In this document: in pieces, positions 29,413-40,199 of the stretch
Layout: each line of letters begins with the position of its first letter
Numbering within the stretch: position 1 is the first letter of the stretch
Origin: a virus
Strand: one strand, 5' to 3'
DNA: 64,000 nucleotides
Virus record (IMG/VR): IMGVR_UViG_3300032267_000592
Coordinates: 21,667 to 85,666 of that record
The notes under the pieces: generated by a model
What the model was told of the DNA's origin: nothing
The model's input: only the letters and a program-made list of their open reading frames with translations
The model's database searches: none
Position numbers and translations under genes: made by a program

Positions 29413-30000
29413 ATGACTTTAATGATAGGCATTTCTGGGGCTGCAAGATCAGGAAAAGATACTTTATGTAGATCTTTAATAAGAGAATTTCAAAAAATTA
29501 ATAAACAAGCAGTTAGAAAATCTTTAGCGGGAGATATAATTAAAAATGATTTAAATATTTTAACTCAATCAAAGTTAAGCTTAAATTGTTTTACAGAAAA
29601 TACAAAAGAAAAAGAGTTATTAAGACCATTAATGGTTGAATATGGTAAACTTATGAGAAATAAAACAGAAGGTCGTTATTTTACAAATAATTTTTTACCA
29701 GAATCAAATAAAATAAATATCATACCCGATATAAGATATGCTGAATACGAAAACGACGAAATATATTGGTTAAAAAATGAAATGAATGGGTTTTTAATTT
29801 TCCTCGAAAGAGAAGGAATCGATTCAGCGAATGAAACAGAAGAAGAAAATAATAAAAAAATTAAAATAAAATCGCATCTATATTTAAAATGGGATTCTCT
29901 AGATGAAAACGATCCAGATCAATTGAAAATTATTGATGGTTATGCAAAGCGTGTAATTAAATCATTTACCACTTTCCAAGAGGGCAACCGGATGCTTTAA
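29413..30000 (+). CDS. deoxynucleoside monophosphate kinase (T4 gp1-like)
   Basis: IGISGAARSGKDT P-loop, KELLRPLMVEYG and IIPDIRY..NE motifs; start revised to ATG 29413. Confidence 0.8.
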   Translation: MTLMIGISGAARSGKDTLCRSLIREFQKINKQAVRKSLAGDIIKNDLNILTQSKLSLNCFTENTKEKELLRPLMVEYGKLMRNKTEGRYFTNNFLPESNKINIIPDIRYAEYENDEIYWLKNEMNGFLIFLEREGIDSANETEEENNKKIKIKSHLYLKWDSLDENDPDQLKIIDGYAKRVIKSFTTFQEGNRML

Positions 30001-30277
30001 CATATACTTTAACTGCAATATAACAACCACATTGCGTACATCTTTCTTGCGCCGAATTAAAAAATTCACAAGAATTACATATAGATTTTCTACGATTTAT
30101 TTCAACATCATCCGATTTTATCTGTTCACCGGATGCCATATTCTGTACAGTTTTTACAATATCCCCTCCAACGTTTTTAGCCATTTGTGTAAATGATGGA
30201 TATACACCTCTATTCGAAGATGCCAATTTTTGAATCTGTGCATCTTGTATTGTTTTTTTTAAATAATCACTGTTCAT
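29966..30277 (-). CDS. small Cys-rich protein (DUF6171-like)
   Basis: RRKSICNSC...CTQCGC...K.....CPLGKW motif; last gene of a minus-strand tail operon. Confidence 0.7.
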   Translation of the reverse strand: MNSDYLKKTIQDAQIQKLASSNRGVYPSFTQMAKNVGGDIVKTVQNMASGEQIKSDDVEINRRKSICNSCEFFNSAQERCTQCGCYIAVKVYVKASGCPLGKW

Positions 30278-30281
30278 ATTT

Positions 30282-31889
30282 TTAATATTTTATATCTTCT
30301 TCTGGCCATAATTTACCAAAACTATCAATTTTAACTGCAACAACTTCTGTTACATAGTTTTGCGCAGTAAAAAGATGTGATACTTTTGTAATAAACCACT
30401 GACCCAAAAAACGATCATCAAACGGATTACTATCGCTACTTTTTAATCTGTCGATATGAATAAATCTACCGGGTGCTCTGATGGTTAATCCTAAAACTTG
30501 AAATGTTATCGATTGATTTAAAAATATAGCATCCAAAATCATTTGGTTTCTACATACATATTCGGTAGTAAAAGAACCTGATTTAGAAAATTCATTTTTA
30601 AACATCAATCCAGTTGTTTTTGTTTTATTTAAATTTAAAATTATTTGAGGTTTTGTTCCATTTTTGAATGAATATAACCCCTTATTGGCAAGTTCTTTTA
30701 ATTTTTCCAACACACTTTTAATGGAATTTTGTTTAATTTTTATATTAAATTCTCCTTTTGAAAAATCATAATAATGCAATGCTGTGTTTGTAATACGATT
30801 ATCATCGGTTGCTACCATCGGTGAAAATTTATATTTTTGAATTCTCGATGCAATAGAAGACATAAAATTTCGTGTATTGCTACTATCTGAATAAGATGCT
30901 CTATCTACCTTTGGTGGTGATTTATCATCATCCAAAGCATCGGAATCCTCTATCATCATTATTTCAACTTGATCGGGTTCTGAATTTTGAAAAAATTTTG
31001 ATATTGGAATAAGTTGCCATTTTTTGTTATCTGTGGTTCTACCTAAATCAAGAACAACGGGATCTTTTGTACTTGATGTACAATGAGACAATATATAATT
31101 TAAATCTTCAAATGCAGTGGATCTAGCTGGTGAAAAATATTTTATTTTATTCTCTTTGTCTCCTGCATCCCAATTGGTTTCATCTATATTGTCAAACGGT
31201 ATGGTTGGATTATCTATTGTTCCATTTTCATCATAACCAATTTTTAATTTATCGGTTTTATTTGTCAAAGACATAGAATTTGATGCGGTCAAACTTAAAA
31301 GTTCTTTCAATATATCATTTGGATTTAATGAAAGTTCGGAATCTTTTAATTTATATGCGGGTTTATTTAATTTTTTGGCAGCAAGTTGAGCGGTAGACCA
31401 TTCTAAATTTCTTTCTTTTAAAATCTGATACCTTTCTTCTACGAATTTATACACCCTTTTCTTTATTTGTGCATTATCGGTTGGTAAGTCTTGTACATCA
31501 GTAACGATAAAATCGAAAGATAATTCCCATTTATCTTTTGGAAAAACTGATTCATCTTCTATGTTGTCATTACTAACTGGATATATTCTAATTGAAATTT
31601 TATTTCTACCATCGGTCCTATCGATATATGGTGCTTTTATAGATGGTATTGTTTGATTTGAGTAATTTACAGGAGCAACAGTTCCTCGATTAAAACCTTC
31701 AAAAACTATATTCAATGCAAGTTGACCGCTTGTAACAAAATTGTGCAAAGACTCATTTATTATCAAAGAATCAACAAGAAAAAACGGAATAGCAACAGGC
31801 GTTTCGTTTTCTATTTGATTGTAAAATACAATTTCAATATAATAATATTGATCTCTTATTTGTTGATAACTTCCAATTTTAGTTTTCAT
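30282..31889 (-). CDS. baseplate hub protein (gp27-like)
   Basis: N-terminal LIINESL...SGQL and C-terminal VLGLTIRAPGRFI...FLGQWFITKVSHLF....Y.T hub-type motifs; ATG 31889 overlaps the upstream TGA. Confidence 0.6.
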   Translation of the reverse strand: MKTKIGSYQQIRDQYYYIEIVFYNQIENETPVAIPFFLVDSLIINESLHNFVTSGQLALNIVFEGFNRGTVAPVNYSNQTIPSIKAPYIDRTDGRNKISIRIYPVSNDNIEDESVFPKDKWELSFDFIVTDVQDLPTDNAQIKKRVYKFVEERYQILKERNLEWSTAQLAAKKLNKPAYKLKDSELSLNPNDILKELLSLTASNSMSLTNKTDKLKIGYDENGTIDNPTIPFDNIDETNWDAGDKENKIKYFSPARSTAFEDLNYILSHCTSSTKDPVVLDLGRTTDNKKWQLIPISKFFQNSEPDQVEIMMIEDSDALDDDKSPPKVDRASYSDSSNTRNFMSSIASRIQKYKFSPMVATDDNRITNTALHYYDFSKGEFNIKIKQNSIKSVLEKLKELANKGLYSFKNGTKPQIILNLNKTKTTGLMFKNEFSKSGSFTTEYVCRNQMILDAIFLNQSITFQVLGLTIRAPGRFIHIDRLKSSDSNPFDDRFLGQWFITKVSHLFTAQNYVTEVVAVKIDSFGKLWPEEDIKY

Positions 31890-32500
31890 CCAGAACAATC
31901 ACTATCATTTACATTTTTAACTAATTCAACTTCAAGTTGATTGAAAACAAAACTAACAGTACAATTTATTTCACTTGGATCTTGATTAGAATAATTCAAT
32001 TCACTTAAAGTTGTTGGAAATGCACCAGTATATTTAAAGGAAATTATTTTATTATTATACTCATCCAAACCAAATATGTAAAGATTAGTGGTATAATCTT
32101 TCATTGGATTTATTAAAGCAGGATCTTCGTTTTGAACTGGATAAAAATCAATTGTTTTTGTTAAATCGGTATATGATTTTTTCGAGTCATTGAATAAATT
32201 TAACCAATTCCATAAAACCCAATAATTACTATAACCATTATCAACTAAAAATTTTATAGTTAATGGTGTATATTCCGGTCTTGATGTAGACGATGCTTTA
32301 TAAACCTGACCACCAAATGGAACGTTTATAGCTGGTACATTTATAGATGGAACCGGAGAACCATAAATTGAAAATTGAATTGTATCTGCTTTAAAATTGT
32401 TATGTGAAACAACATCAAATTTATTTTTTAATGCTTTTGGAACATCCAAAATCAAAATAAATTTATCATTTCTTGCTTTATTTAAAATTGATTGAAACAT
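31886..32500 (-). CDS. tail tube terminator/completion protein (T4 gp3-like)
   Basis: Tube-fold motifs VPSINVP, YTPLTIKFLVD...NYWVLWNW, AFPTTLSELNY and VSFVF. Confidence 0.7.
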   Translation of the reverse strand: MFQSILNKARNDKFILILDVPKALKNKFDVVSHNNFKADTIQFSIYGSPVPSINVPAINVPFGGQVYKASSTSRPEYTPLTIKFLVDNGYSNYWVLWNWLNLFNDSKKSYTDLTKTIDFYPVQNEDPALINPMKDYTTNLYIFGLDEYNNKIISFKYTGAFPTTLSELNYSNQDPSEINCTVSFVFNQLEVELVKNVNDSDCSG

Positions 32501-32502
32501 AT

Positions 32503-34368
32503 TTAAAATAAAAATATTGGTCTATATTCTTCTTTATTATATAACTTATCACTTTCTTCCGTTTCTTTATCTTTATTTGTTGAAACATTCCCCCAAGTCA
32601 TAAGCCAACCCTTTAACAAAGAAGATTCTTCGTCATATGTAATTTCCTTTTTCGGATCAAATTTTCCAACATAAGAAAATCCACTGTTTATAACTCCTTG
32701 TCTTTTAAATGTAGATGTTTGACCACTAAACAATGGACTTTTTTTAATTAATTCTGAATTATCTACTAAAGGTGTTAGTTTTAAAGGTCTTCCTTGATCA
32801 TCTATATCTACAATGTTATAATATTTTCCAGCTATCGATGGTTCTAATATAAAAAGACCCCAAACTAATGACAATACCCTGTCATCCAAATCACTATCAT
32901 TTCTTTTACTAAATGTAAAATTTGGATGTCTAACAAAATTATTTAATTCAAGTAAAGTATCAATATCAAATAATTTTACAGCATTTAAACTATTAACCCA
33001 ATATCTAAAATTTGTAATACCTTTATACCGAGTATTCGTATGATTATGTACCCCAAAACGATTTTCTGTATTGTAATGCTTACTGAAACCTTCAAAATGG
33101 TACGAAACCACAGATTCATAATTGTGCGTGTGACACAAAACATCCAAAACCTGTTGTCCATTATTGTTATTTTCTACTAAAATAGGAGGTCTTCCCCAGT
33201 CTTCAAGTATACCCATTAAACGTGTGCCGAAATGAAACGGACTCATTTGATTTGTAGCATATATAGCTACTTGTTTTATATTAGTTAAATCCGATACGTC
33301 TAAAATCTGAGCAACGGTATTAGTTCTACCTATACCCTCTCCAACGTCCACACCTATAACATAAAAACTTTCTGGATTTGGTTGATTAAAAACTTTATAA
33401 GCACCATTATCCATTACCAAAATAGGTTCTATGCATTGAGCCTTTAAGCTTTCTAATAACTCAGGATCAATAGCAGTCTTTCCTTCCATGTGAAACTTAT
33501 TACAATACTCCTGTTCAAAGTCATCCTTGGAACCCATTAGTGCTAAAGTTTTTTTAGCCCATTCTTCATCTCTACCCGGAATATCCCACCAGTTTACAAC
33601 CTCCAAATGCCATTCACTTCCTTCCTTTTGGGAATCTTGATAGAGTTCATAAAACTTATTATCAGTTCCATTTGGAGTACTGATAACAACAATTTGAGAC
33701 TTTTTCATTGAAGAAATAATAGGAATTGCAGATTTCCACAACTCTCTCATTAATTCATTTGGACAGTGTGCCATTTCGTCAATAATCAATAGATTACTAG
33801 TACTACCGCGAGGACCAGAACTGGAAGTTGTACTAATCGTTATTGCTGAATCATTTGATAAAACAAAACCATCTTTCCTCCAAGATTTAACACTTGGTTT
33901 CATCCAAACCGGCAGTTGTTCAAATGACATTTTTATTCTGGAAAAAATCTCTTTTGCAGTTGATTCTTTATTTGCAACTATTGTTATTCTTTTATCCGCT
34001 TGAAAACAAACAATCCATAATGCATAAATTGTTATAGTTGTGGTTTTTCCACTTTGACGACTAGATAACACAGTAGTAAATCTTTTTGATTTAAAAGCTT
34101 TTAAAAGATTTTTTTGATATTTGTATAATTTAATTCGCTCTTTACCATCTTCGGTTATTATATAAAAATAGTTTTCTGCAAAATGAAATACACTTTTAAC
34201 ACAGATTTTCATTTCTTCTTCCATTTCTGGAGTCCATTTTATCTGTGGATTATTTTTTAATAGGTTTTCATTACCTTTATAAAAAGAAGCATCAACCAAG
34301 ACATCATCTGGTTCTATATCTTGTAAATTTATTTTACTTTCGGTTATATTTTTTTTATGTCTACCCAT
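32503..34368 (-). CDS. gp17: terminase large subunit (T4 gp17)
   Basis: LYKYQ, Walker A SRQSGKTT, Walker B LIIDEMAH, ISTPNG, FEQEY, nuclease GVDVGEG and DDRV. Confidence 0.95.
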   Translation of the reverse strand: MGRHKKNITESKINLQDIEPDDVLVDASFYKGNENLLKNNPQIKWTPEMEEEMKICVKSVFHFAENYFYIITEDGKERIKLYKYQKNLLKAFKSKRFTTVLSSRQSGKTTTITIYALWIVCFQADKRITIVANKESTAKEIFSRIKMSFEQLPVWMKPSVKSWRKDGFVLSNDSAITISTTSSSGPRGSTSNLLIIDEMAHCPNELMRELWKSAIPIISSMKKSQIVVISTPNGTDNKFYELYQDSQKEGSEWHLEVVNWWDIPGRDEEWAKKTLALMGSKDDFEQEYCNKFHMEGKTAIDPELLESLKAQCIEPILVMDNGAYKVFNQPNPESFYVIGVDVGEGIGRTNTVAQILDVSDLTNIKQVAIYATNQMSPFHFGTRLMGILEDWGRPPILVENNNNGQQVLDVLCHTHNYESVVSYHFEGFSKHYNTENRFGVHNHTNTRYKGITNFRYWVNSLNAVKLFDIDTLLELNNFVRHPNFTFSKRNDSDLDDRVLSLVWGLFILEPSIAGKYYNIVDIDDQGRPLKLTPLVDNSELIKKSPLFSGQTSTFKRQGVINSGFSYVGKFDPKKEITYDEESSLLKGWLMTWGNVSTNKDKETEESDKLYNKEEYRPIFLF

Positions 34369-34372
34369 TAGA

Positions 34373-34385
34373 TATAAGTATTTAC
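34373..34385. promoter_or_regulatory. overlapping divergent T4-late-type promoters
   Basis: TATAAGTATTTAC reads TATAAGTA on plus (towards ORF 34412) and GTAAATA on minus (10 nt before the terminase ATG). Confidence 0.45.
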
Positions 34386-34411
34386 TGTAATAATATAAAA
34401 AATCACTGACT

Positions 34412-34771
34412 ATGAATCAAGACATCATATTGGGTAAACATGATAAAGAATTTGGATATTTCTCAAAATGGCCAATATATGTTGTTGATACAGTAGATAA
34501 AAAAGGAATTTATAATATTCTACAAAATAAATTAAAATATTTTGAGGATAATAAAATAACAAAACTTATATCAGAAGATGATATTATGAATTATTTTTTA
34601 AATTTCCCAGAAATTGATTTTGAATGTATTTATTTTAAAGATATGATGCCAAAGCATTATGTTTTTAAAATAAATGAAGTTTTATATTCATATACAATCG
34701 GTCTAAAAAGTAAAAGAAAATTATATATGAGATGTTATTTTGATTATAATAAAATAATAACTATAAATTAA
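34412..34771 (+). CDS. hypothetical protein
   Basis: 119-aa ORF filling the gap between two minus-strand genes. Confidence 0.6.
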   Translation: MNQDIILGKHDKEFGYFSKWPIYVVDTVDKKGIYNILQNKLKYFEDNKITKLISEDDIMNYFLNFPEIDFECIYFKDMMPKHYVFKINEVLYSYTIGLKSKRKLYMRCYFDYNKIITIN

Positions 34772-35120
34772 TTTGTTTTTTAAGTTCAGAAATTACAGTC
34801 CAAACTAATTCTTTTTTTAATAGTTTTAATATAGTTCCGGGTTCTGGTATTTTTGTTGCATCTTTTATTTGATTATATTCACAAACCAACCACCACAAAT
34901 CCATTGTACCATAATGTTTATATGAAATATATACCCAAGTATCATTCGGAATTACATAATATTCATCTTCTGCGGAGCTATCATTTGCGGCAAAAACGTT
35001 TATAGATCTTAATATATTATAAAATTTTGTTTTATCTGGATCTTCATAGATATTAAAAAAATTTTCATATCTATATAAAGACAGTTTTGGTAAATCATTA
35101 AAATCTTGTTGCTTGCTCAT
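34761..35120 (-). CDS. baseplate wedge protein with LysM domain (T4 gp53-like)
   Basis: YYVIPNDTWVYISYKHYGTMDLWWLVCEYNQI...GTILKL LysM pattern. Confidence 0.8.
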   Translation of the reverse strand: MSKQQDFNDLPKLSLYRYENFFNIYEDPDKTKFYNILRSINVFAANDSSAEDEYYVIPNDTWVYISYKHYGTMDLWWLVCEYNQIKDATKIPEPGTILKLLKKELVWTVISELKKQINL

Positions 35121-35126
35121 ATATTA

Positions 35127-36284
35127 TTAAGGTAACGGTTCACGCGCTTCTGTTTTAGAAAGATTTGGCTGAAAGGATTCGGCTACATTAAAACTAGCAT
35201 CAGATATAGCATCGTATGCTTTACCATAAAGATTTGCTGCTGTTTCCAAAGTCTTTCCTGTAATTGCCGCCCCCTTATCATACTTTTCTTGAAGCGTTTT
35301 ATTAATTGAAATTACATCTACCTTTTTAGCACCCATTGTAGCTGCAAATACATTTGAACTCTGAGAAACTAAATCAGTAAATGTTATAGTTATTTTATAA
35401 GCCTCTGGTATTAATACTTCCCTAGAACCAAAATCTTTAAAAATATCCATCTTTCTCGTAGTACCAATACTTTCTATCGATAAATCACTAATATATGCAG
35501 CTGCCATATATATACCACCCAAAGAAAAACTATCAACGGTATATATTTTTGGGGGAATATAAGACATCATAGTTGTTCTAGTTTTTAAATTTTGAAATGT
35601 TAATAAATTTACAAATGAATAATGATCAAATGCACTGTCAATATCTATAGTATTATATAATGGAAAACTTATGGTTAATGACTGTTGAGATGTACCTTGA
35701 AACGATTGAACTTCCTCAAAACCAAATTTTGGAGTAAAAAAACTAGTAGCTGCACCAGCAACAGAAGCCACCATATCCAACTTTGAACCAGCAGAAGATT
35801 CTCCCCCGCTACCAATAGATTCCAATAAAGATTTTTCAGCACCCCAATTGTTTGTTACTTTTTTTAATCCTGCATTTGTATTTAAATATGGAAAATTATA
35901 AGCAAATCCGGTTCTATTTGATGCATACATTGTTAAAAAAGTATCAAGAGATGCATTTGGATTATCGCCCGTAAGAAATTTATTTTTTAAAACTTGATAT
36001 ACATTTTTTCCCTGCGTCAACAATTGAACTAAATTTGTAGCAGTAGTACCAAATTTTAATTCAAATTCAGTCGCCCATATACTAGGAACTTCATCATTGC
36101 TTCCGTTATTTTTCCACTTCATCGTGTTCAAAACATCAACAATACCAACCTCTCCACCTTTTGGCTTTAACACAACATATCCATTACCCAAGCTAATACC
36201 ACCGGGACTTGTTGTCTTTTCTTCTGCTCTAAAAAATTTATTAGATGCAAACGCAGCATTAACACCAGCAGCATTACTTGTCAT
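35127..36284 (-). CDS. baseplate/tail-tube cap protein (gp48-like)
   Basis: FQGTSQQSLTISFPL...YIPPKIY...AYISDLSIES...PEAYKITITFTDL tube-fold pattern; lies between the tape measure-like gene and gp53. Confidence 0.55.
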   Translation of the reverse strand: MTSNAAGVNAAFASNKFFRAEEKTTSPGGISLGNGYVVLKPKGGEVGIVDVLNTMKWKNNGSNDEVPSIWATEFELKFGTTATNLVQLLTQGKNVYQVLKNKFLTGDNPNASLDTFLTMYASNRTGFAYNFPYLNTNAGLKKVTNNWGAEKSLLESIGSGGESSAGSKLDMVASVAGAATSFFTPKFGFEEVQSFQGTSQQSLTISFPLYNTIDIDSAFDHYSFVNLLTFQNLKTRTTMMSYIPPKIYTVDSFSLGGIYMAAAYISDLSIESIGTTRKMDIFKDFGSREVLIPEAYKITITFTDLVSQSSNVFAATMGAKKVDVISINKTLQEKYDKGAAITGKTLETAANLYGKAYDAISDASFNVAESFQPNLSKTEAREPLP

Positions 36285-36286
36285 AA

Positions 36287-38377
36287 TTATACAGTAGCTC
36301 TAATCCTTTCCGATTGCGCCCACCAAGACAATCTATTATCCGATATAACATCTCGCACATCTCCCATAAGATATTCTTTACTATTAGACGATGCATTTGT
36401 ACTGTTATTATTTGTAATATTAATATTTTTATTATTTAAATTGCTCGTTTCAATCAAATTTTTATTCAAATTTAAAATTGAACTATGAACATCTTTCATT
36501 ATTATTTTTAAATCAAGTAAAGATCTATCCAAAAATCCCCCAGATTTAAATGTTAATATATTATCATCTGGGGCAGTTTCAAAATTTTGTTTACCCAATG
36601 ACATTTTAATTGGAACACCCGTACTTTCTAAAAGCCCATCGTTCATTGGAACTGCTTTTTGATTATTATTTTTGTTGGGTGCTTCTGTATCCGATGAATC
36701 CGGTTTTATTGCAAGACTCTTTGCATCTGGTGTATTTTTTAATTTGAATGATTCAGCAACCGCTTTTCCTGCGCCAGCACCCAAACTACCCTTACCTTGA
36801 TATAATGATTTTTCCATCCATTCAGACACAGCATTATCAGTTTTAAAGCCTTTTCCAGTTATAAAATTCCATATACCAGTAACACCTTTAGACAACAAAT
36901 CAATCAAAAATGTAAAAATATCACCAAATCCAACAACAAAAGAAGTTAAAACGGATATACCTTTTTGCAAAGGAGTGAGATTGTCATCACTCCAAACATC
37001 AAATAAAGTAGAGAATGCATCAACAACTGGATCTATTAAAATAGCAATCGGTCCCAAAAATTTATCTAAAAATTTAAAAAATCCCATAATTGGTTTTACG
37101 AATGGAAATATTAATTCAAAACTAGTTTTCAACGGTGTAATCAATCCTCTTAAAAAAGAAAATGTACCTTCTATTGTTTTAGATATTAATGATATACCAT
37201 CACTACCTTTAAAAAACCCCATAACATATTCAAAAATACCACTAATTACCTTACTTGATGATTTTAAAAATTCTAATCCAGAATTAATAGGAGATATTAT
37301 ATATTTTTCCATTTTAATTGAAATGGCGGTCGATAATTCTTCAAATTTTGTAAAGTTTTTAGCCTTTTCTATAAACTCCGTCCATTTTAAATTTATAGAA
37401 TTTGTAATTTCATCAAATTTTGTAATTTCTTTAATTTTATCTATTAATTTTGTCCATTTATTATTAATGGATTCCATAAAACTTTCAAATCCCGGTATTT
37501 TTTTAAGTGGTTCTGTTACATATTTTTCCCACTTTAATTCAAACCATGCTTTATAATCTGCAAATTTATAAAGACCCTCTTCTTTTAAAGCTTGCATTAT
37601 TTTAGAAGGTATTGTTAATATTGTTTTAATCGATGTATATAATTCTTTTCCAAGATTTATTATACTACCAACCGTTCCAGCTAAAATTGTTCCAATTAAA
37701 ACTAATGTAGACAGACCACCGAAGGAAGAATCTCGTTGTTGTGCTTCTTCACTTTTATTGCTGCTCTCTATTTTCAAAGATTGTAATTTACTTAAAAAAT
37801 CTTTTAATAATAAATCTCTTAAAAATTTTTTAGTTTCATCTGAAAAATCAATTTTATTTATTTTTTCTCCAATATTTTCCTGTTCACCATCATCTTGTTT
37901 TTGATTTAAAATTTTAAAATTATCAAACAAACTTTTAAAATTTACTTGTAATGAATTTTTTAAATTTTGAAAAAAAGATTCATTTCCATTTTCATTGGGT
38001 TTTTTTATATTTTCAGGTATTAATGATGAAACTTGCGCATCTTTAATAACGCTCTCTGGCTGTTTTTTAAAATCGTTTGCATCCGGAAGTTTTACATTTA
38101 AAAAATCTTCAACCTTTTTTTTATAAGATTTTAATTTATCTTTAAAATCATTTGATGATATATCGGTTACACCCAAAGGATCAAATATCCTTTTTATATC
38201 ATCTTCTCGTATGGATTTTATTTTTTTTGAAAACGGCTCAACGAATTTAGTTTTAAAATCGGTTCTCAATTCATTTAAATATGAATTATCACCGGAAAAT
38301 AGGAACGCATTTATAAATTCTTTTGCTTCTATTGTACCGTCAATTTTAACTTGTGATAATAAATCATCTAAATTCAT
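36287..38377 (-). CDS. putative tape measure protein
   Basis: 696 aa of amphipathic helices with periodic W/F residues and hydrophobic segments; located in the tail operon. Confidence 0.6.
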   Translation of the reverse strand: MNLDDLLSQVKIDGTIEAKEFINAFLFSGDNSYLNELRTDFKTKFVEPFSKKIKSIREDDIKRIFDPLGVTDISSNDFKDKLKSYKKKVEDFLNVKLPDANDFKKQPESVIKDAQVSSLIPENIKKPNENGNESFFQNLKNSLQVNFKSLFDNFKILNQKQDDGEQENIGEKINKIDFSDETKKFLRDLLLKDFLSKLQSLKIESSNKSEEAQQRDSSFGGLSTLVLIGTILAGTVGSIINLGKELYTSIKTILTIPSKIMQALKEEGLYKFADYKAWFELKWEKYVTEPLKKIPGFESFMESINNKWTKLIDKIKEITKFDEITNSINLKWTEFIEKAKNFTKFEELSTAISIKMEKYIISPINSGLEFLKSSSKVISGIFEYVMGFFKGSDGISLISKTIEGTFSFLRGLITPLKTSFELIFPFVKPIMGFFKFLDKFLGPIAILIDPVVDAFSTLFDVWSDDNLTPLQKGISVLTSFVVGFGDIFTFLIDLLSKGVTGIWNFITGKGFKTDNAVSEWMEKSLYQGKGSLGAGAGKAVAESFKLKNTPDAKSLAIKPDSSDTEAPNKNNNQKAVPMNDGLLESTGVPIKMSLGKQNFETAPDDNILTFKSGGFLDRSLLDLKIIMKDVHSSILNLNKNLIETSNLNNKNINITNNNSTNASSNSKEYLMGDVRDVISDNRLSWWAQSERIRATV

Positions 38378-38383
38378 TTAGAA

Positions 38384-38391
38384 TACTTATA
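38384..38391 (-). promoter_or_regulatory. T4-late-type promoter
   Basis: TATAAGTA, 6 nt before ATG 38377. Confidence 0.6.
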
Positions 38392-38404
38392 TTTGTATTC
38401 TGTT

Positions 38405-39217
38405 TTAATTTAAGAATAAAACACTATCAATAGATATTACCTTTGTATAATCATTAAAAGATACAGTCAAAATCGAGTCTAAATCTTTTTTCCACAAATT
38501 TATATTCTCCATTATTTTTTGGATTAAACCACTTGGTAATTTTTCCACTAATTTGTTTTTATCTTCTATTTTTAAAGAAGATAAATTAATTTCTGTTTCA
38601 TTTATCCAAATTTTATTTATATATTTTGAAATTTCCATTATAAATGCATCAGATATAACAATTTTTATATCATCTTGTGTTTTAATATCACTGCCTTTTT
38701 TTTGTTTTTTTGAAATTTCTTTATCATATTCTACTTCGGTTTTAATCGTGGGTAATGTTATTTCGGCTTTTAAAAATACTGATTGATTTTTTAATTCAAC
38801 TATTTCAGAATTTGGATTTTTATAAGATTTAAAGTTTTCAACAATATTATCAATTTTTATTTTACTTGTAATGTTTTTACTATCATCAAATACAACTGTC
38901 AATTCGTTTGAAATTTGTTGCTTTAAGTTAATTGCAATACATGCTTTATCTGATATTTTCAAATCATCTATAATAGATTTATCTTCATCTAAAATATTAT
39001 CACGTAAAATATTATAAAACGTATTAATAAAACTTGTATTATAAACCGAATCATCTATCGCAGCACTTAATAGTTCTTTTTGTTGTTTTGCATTAATTTC
39101 TTTAAATGATAGTGTTTTTTGTAATGTTGGTATCCAAATATCAGTTTTAAATGTTTTTGATGCTTCATCTAAAAAATTTAATGCGCTTTTAAAATCTAAA
39201 ATATCATTTTCTTGCAT
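38405..39217 (-). CDS. baseplate hub assembly protein (gp26-like)
   Basis: IPTLQKTLSFKEINAKQQKELL N-terminal motif; paralogous to the upstream gene. Confidence 0.6.
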   Translation of the reverse strand: MQENDILDFKSALNFLDEASKTFKTDIWIPTLQKTLSFKEINAKQQKELLSAAIDDSVYNTSFINTFYNILRDNILDEDKSIIDDLKISDKACIAINLKQQISNELTVVFDDSKNITSKIKIDNIVENFKSYKNPNSEIVELKNQSVFLKAEITLPTIKTEVEYDKEISKKQKKGSDIKTQDDIKIVISDAFIMEISKYINKIWINETEINLSSLKIEDKNKLVEKLPSGLIQKIMENINLWKKDLDSILTVSFNDYTKVISIDSVLFLN

Positions 39218-39226
39218 AATATTAAC

Positions 39227-40195
39227 TTATGGCATATCATCCCCAAATTCAAGTGCTAAATCTTGTAAAGATTTATTATTATCTTGTTGCATATTTTCAG
39301 GTGATGAAGATTTAGATTGTTCCCTTTTATGGTCCTGTATTATAGAAAAATATAATTTTCTTTCATTCGGAGAAACTTTCATTATATAATCTGGTGATAA
39401 CCCACAATTTGATAAAAAATATAATTCTTGATGTATGGATTTTATATCATACGAAAAAAACAACTTTATATGTTCAATAAAACTTAAATTATAAAAATTA
39501 AATTTTTGATCACTAAACATTTGAATATCAAATAATTGAAATTCAAATAATTTTTTTAAAAATTCAATTAGTTTTTCTGATGTTTTTTTACGAATAGAAC
39601 ATGGTAATTTATTAAAACACTCAGTTTTTTCAGTAAAATTAAAACGTTTCATCAGTATTTTATTTTTGTTTATTGATATATAATCTATAAATTCAACAAT
39701 ACTATCTTCTATAAAATTATTATAATCTTTTTCTTTTAATAAAAAATTATAAAATACTGAAATTGCACTTAAATATGGCCAATTTATTTTTATTTCTATT
39801 TTATCTTCTTTAATTATATTAGTCTCATCATATAAAAAAGAAGATGCGTTGTATAAATTATTTAAATATGACTTAAGATCTAATTTAATTTTTGTTTTTG
39901 TTTTATTTTCTGAATTAAGGAAAAATTCAATTTGATTTCCACTACTTACTATTTTCAATTTTACCAAAAACAAAACATATTCTATTATATTAATGTCCAA
40001 TAAATCATTTTTATTTTTAACACAATTAGATATGATTTCTAAAACAAATTCATGATAATCATACAATGATGTTTTATCGGAACCAAATGACAAATTGGCT
40101 TTTGATAAAGCTAGTTGTTCACTAGTAGTTAATTCTCTAAAAAATATTTTTTTATTAGAAAATGGAAGTTCTACTGTATAGTTAAAATAATTCAC
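39227..40195 (-). CDS. baseplate hub assembly protein (gp26-like, with gp51-like C-terminus)
   Basis: VELPFSNKKIFFRELTTSEQ...IIEYVLFLVKLKIVSSG; C-terminal YIMKVSPNERKLY; GTG start. Confidence 0.6.
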   Translation of the reverse strand: MNYFNYTVELPFSNKKIFFRELTTSEQLALSKANLSFGSDKTSLYDYHEFVLEIISNCVKNKNDLLDINIIEYVLFLVKLKIVSSGNQIEFFLNSENKTKTKIKLDLKSYLNNLYNASSFLYDETNIIKEDKIEIKINWPYLSAISVFYNFLLKEKDYNNFIEDSIVEFIDYISINKNKILMKRFNFTEKTECFNKLPCSIRKKTSEKLIEFLKKLFEFQLFDIQMFSDQKFNFYNLSFIEHIKLFFSYDIKSIHQELYFLSNCGLSPDYIMKVSPNERKLYFSIIQDHKREQSKSSSPENMQQDNNKSLQDLALEFGDDMP

Positions 40196-40199
40196 AATT

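Noticed and set aside
36975-37556. Long antisense ORFs (also 14280-14660, 42374-42853, 48657-49070 and many of 60-110 aa)
   Set aside because: They are shadows of well-supported genes on the other strand or frame, with no motifs or promoter context.
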